Shown here piece after piece: positions 63,791-64,000 of a stretch of 64,000 nucleotides of DNA (the first letter of the stretch is position 1; each line of letters opens with the position of its first letter). The stretch spans positions 1,625,386 to 1,689,385 of the forward strand of contig NC_043987.1 of assembly GCF_902150065.1 (NCBI RefSeq), written 5' to 3'. The notes beneath the pieces were generated by a model, which searched no databases, was not told where the DNA came from, and worked only from the letters and a program-made list of their open reading frames with translations. The DNA comes from Myripristis murdjan. Its lineage: Eukaryota. The translations under genes and the position numbers were made by a program.

Positions 63791-64000
63791 GCCATTGAGC
63801 AGGATTCTTAATAAAAAATGAAATAATAATCAAATCAAATAAATAATAAAAAAAATTTCCAATGGGAATGGGTGAACTATCCCTTTATGTGACTACTTTT
63901 GCTAATTAAAATTGCTTGGCCCTACATGTGCTCTACATGGCACATTGTTCCTCAACCCTGCTTTAAACCCTGCTATTCCAGTTTTACATAAGGCAATCAC

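Overview
Teleost-fish nuclear genomic DNA (intron-rich, many microsatellites and MITEs), not prokaryotic. Three multi-exon protein-coding genes, all on the + strand, were reconstructed exon by exon from the six-frame track plus GT/AG splice signals. (1) A TLC-domain gene, most likely the FAM57B/TLCD3B orthologue: 6 coding exons, 4644-12167, 287 aa. (2) Major vault protein, MVP: 16 coding exons, 23085-47633, 879 aa. (3) ARL6IP1: 6 coding exons, 50644-60090, 203 aa. The remainder is interspersed repeats: three hAT-like elements with perfect 8-bp target-site duplications, a piggyBac-type MITE with TTAA duplications, two >90% identical copies of a 1.26-1.28 kb TIR transposon (one just upstream of MVP, one in MVP intron 7), several MITE families, a roughly 190-bp SINE-like element present at about 15 sites, an 815-bp foldback, a LINE ORF2 fragment, an interstitial telomeric (CCCTAA)n array, and many GT/CA/GATA microsatellites. 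Three of these microsatellites directly replace the polypyrimidine tract at 3' splice sites. No rRNA, tRNA or CRISPR was recognised. No identification was confirmed by database search; everything rests on reading the sequence and recalled protein families.
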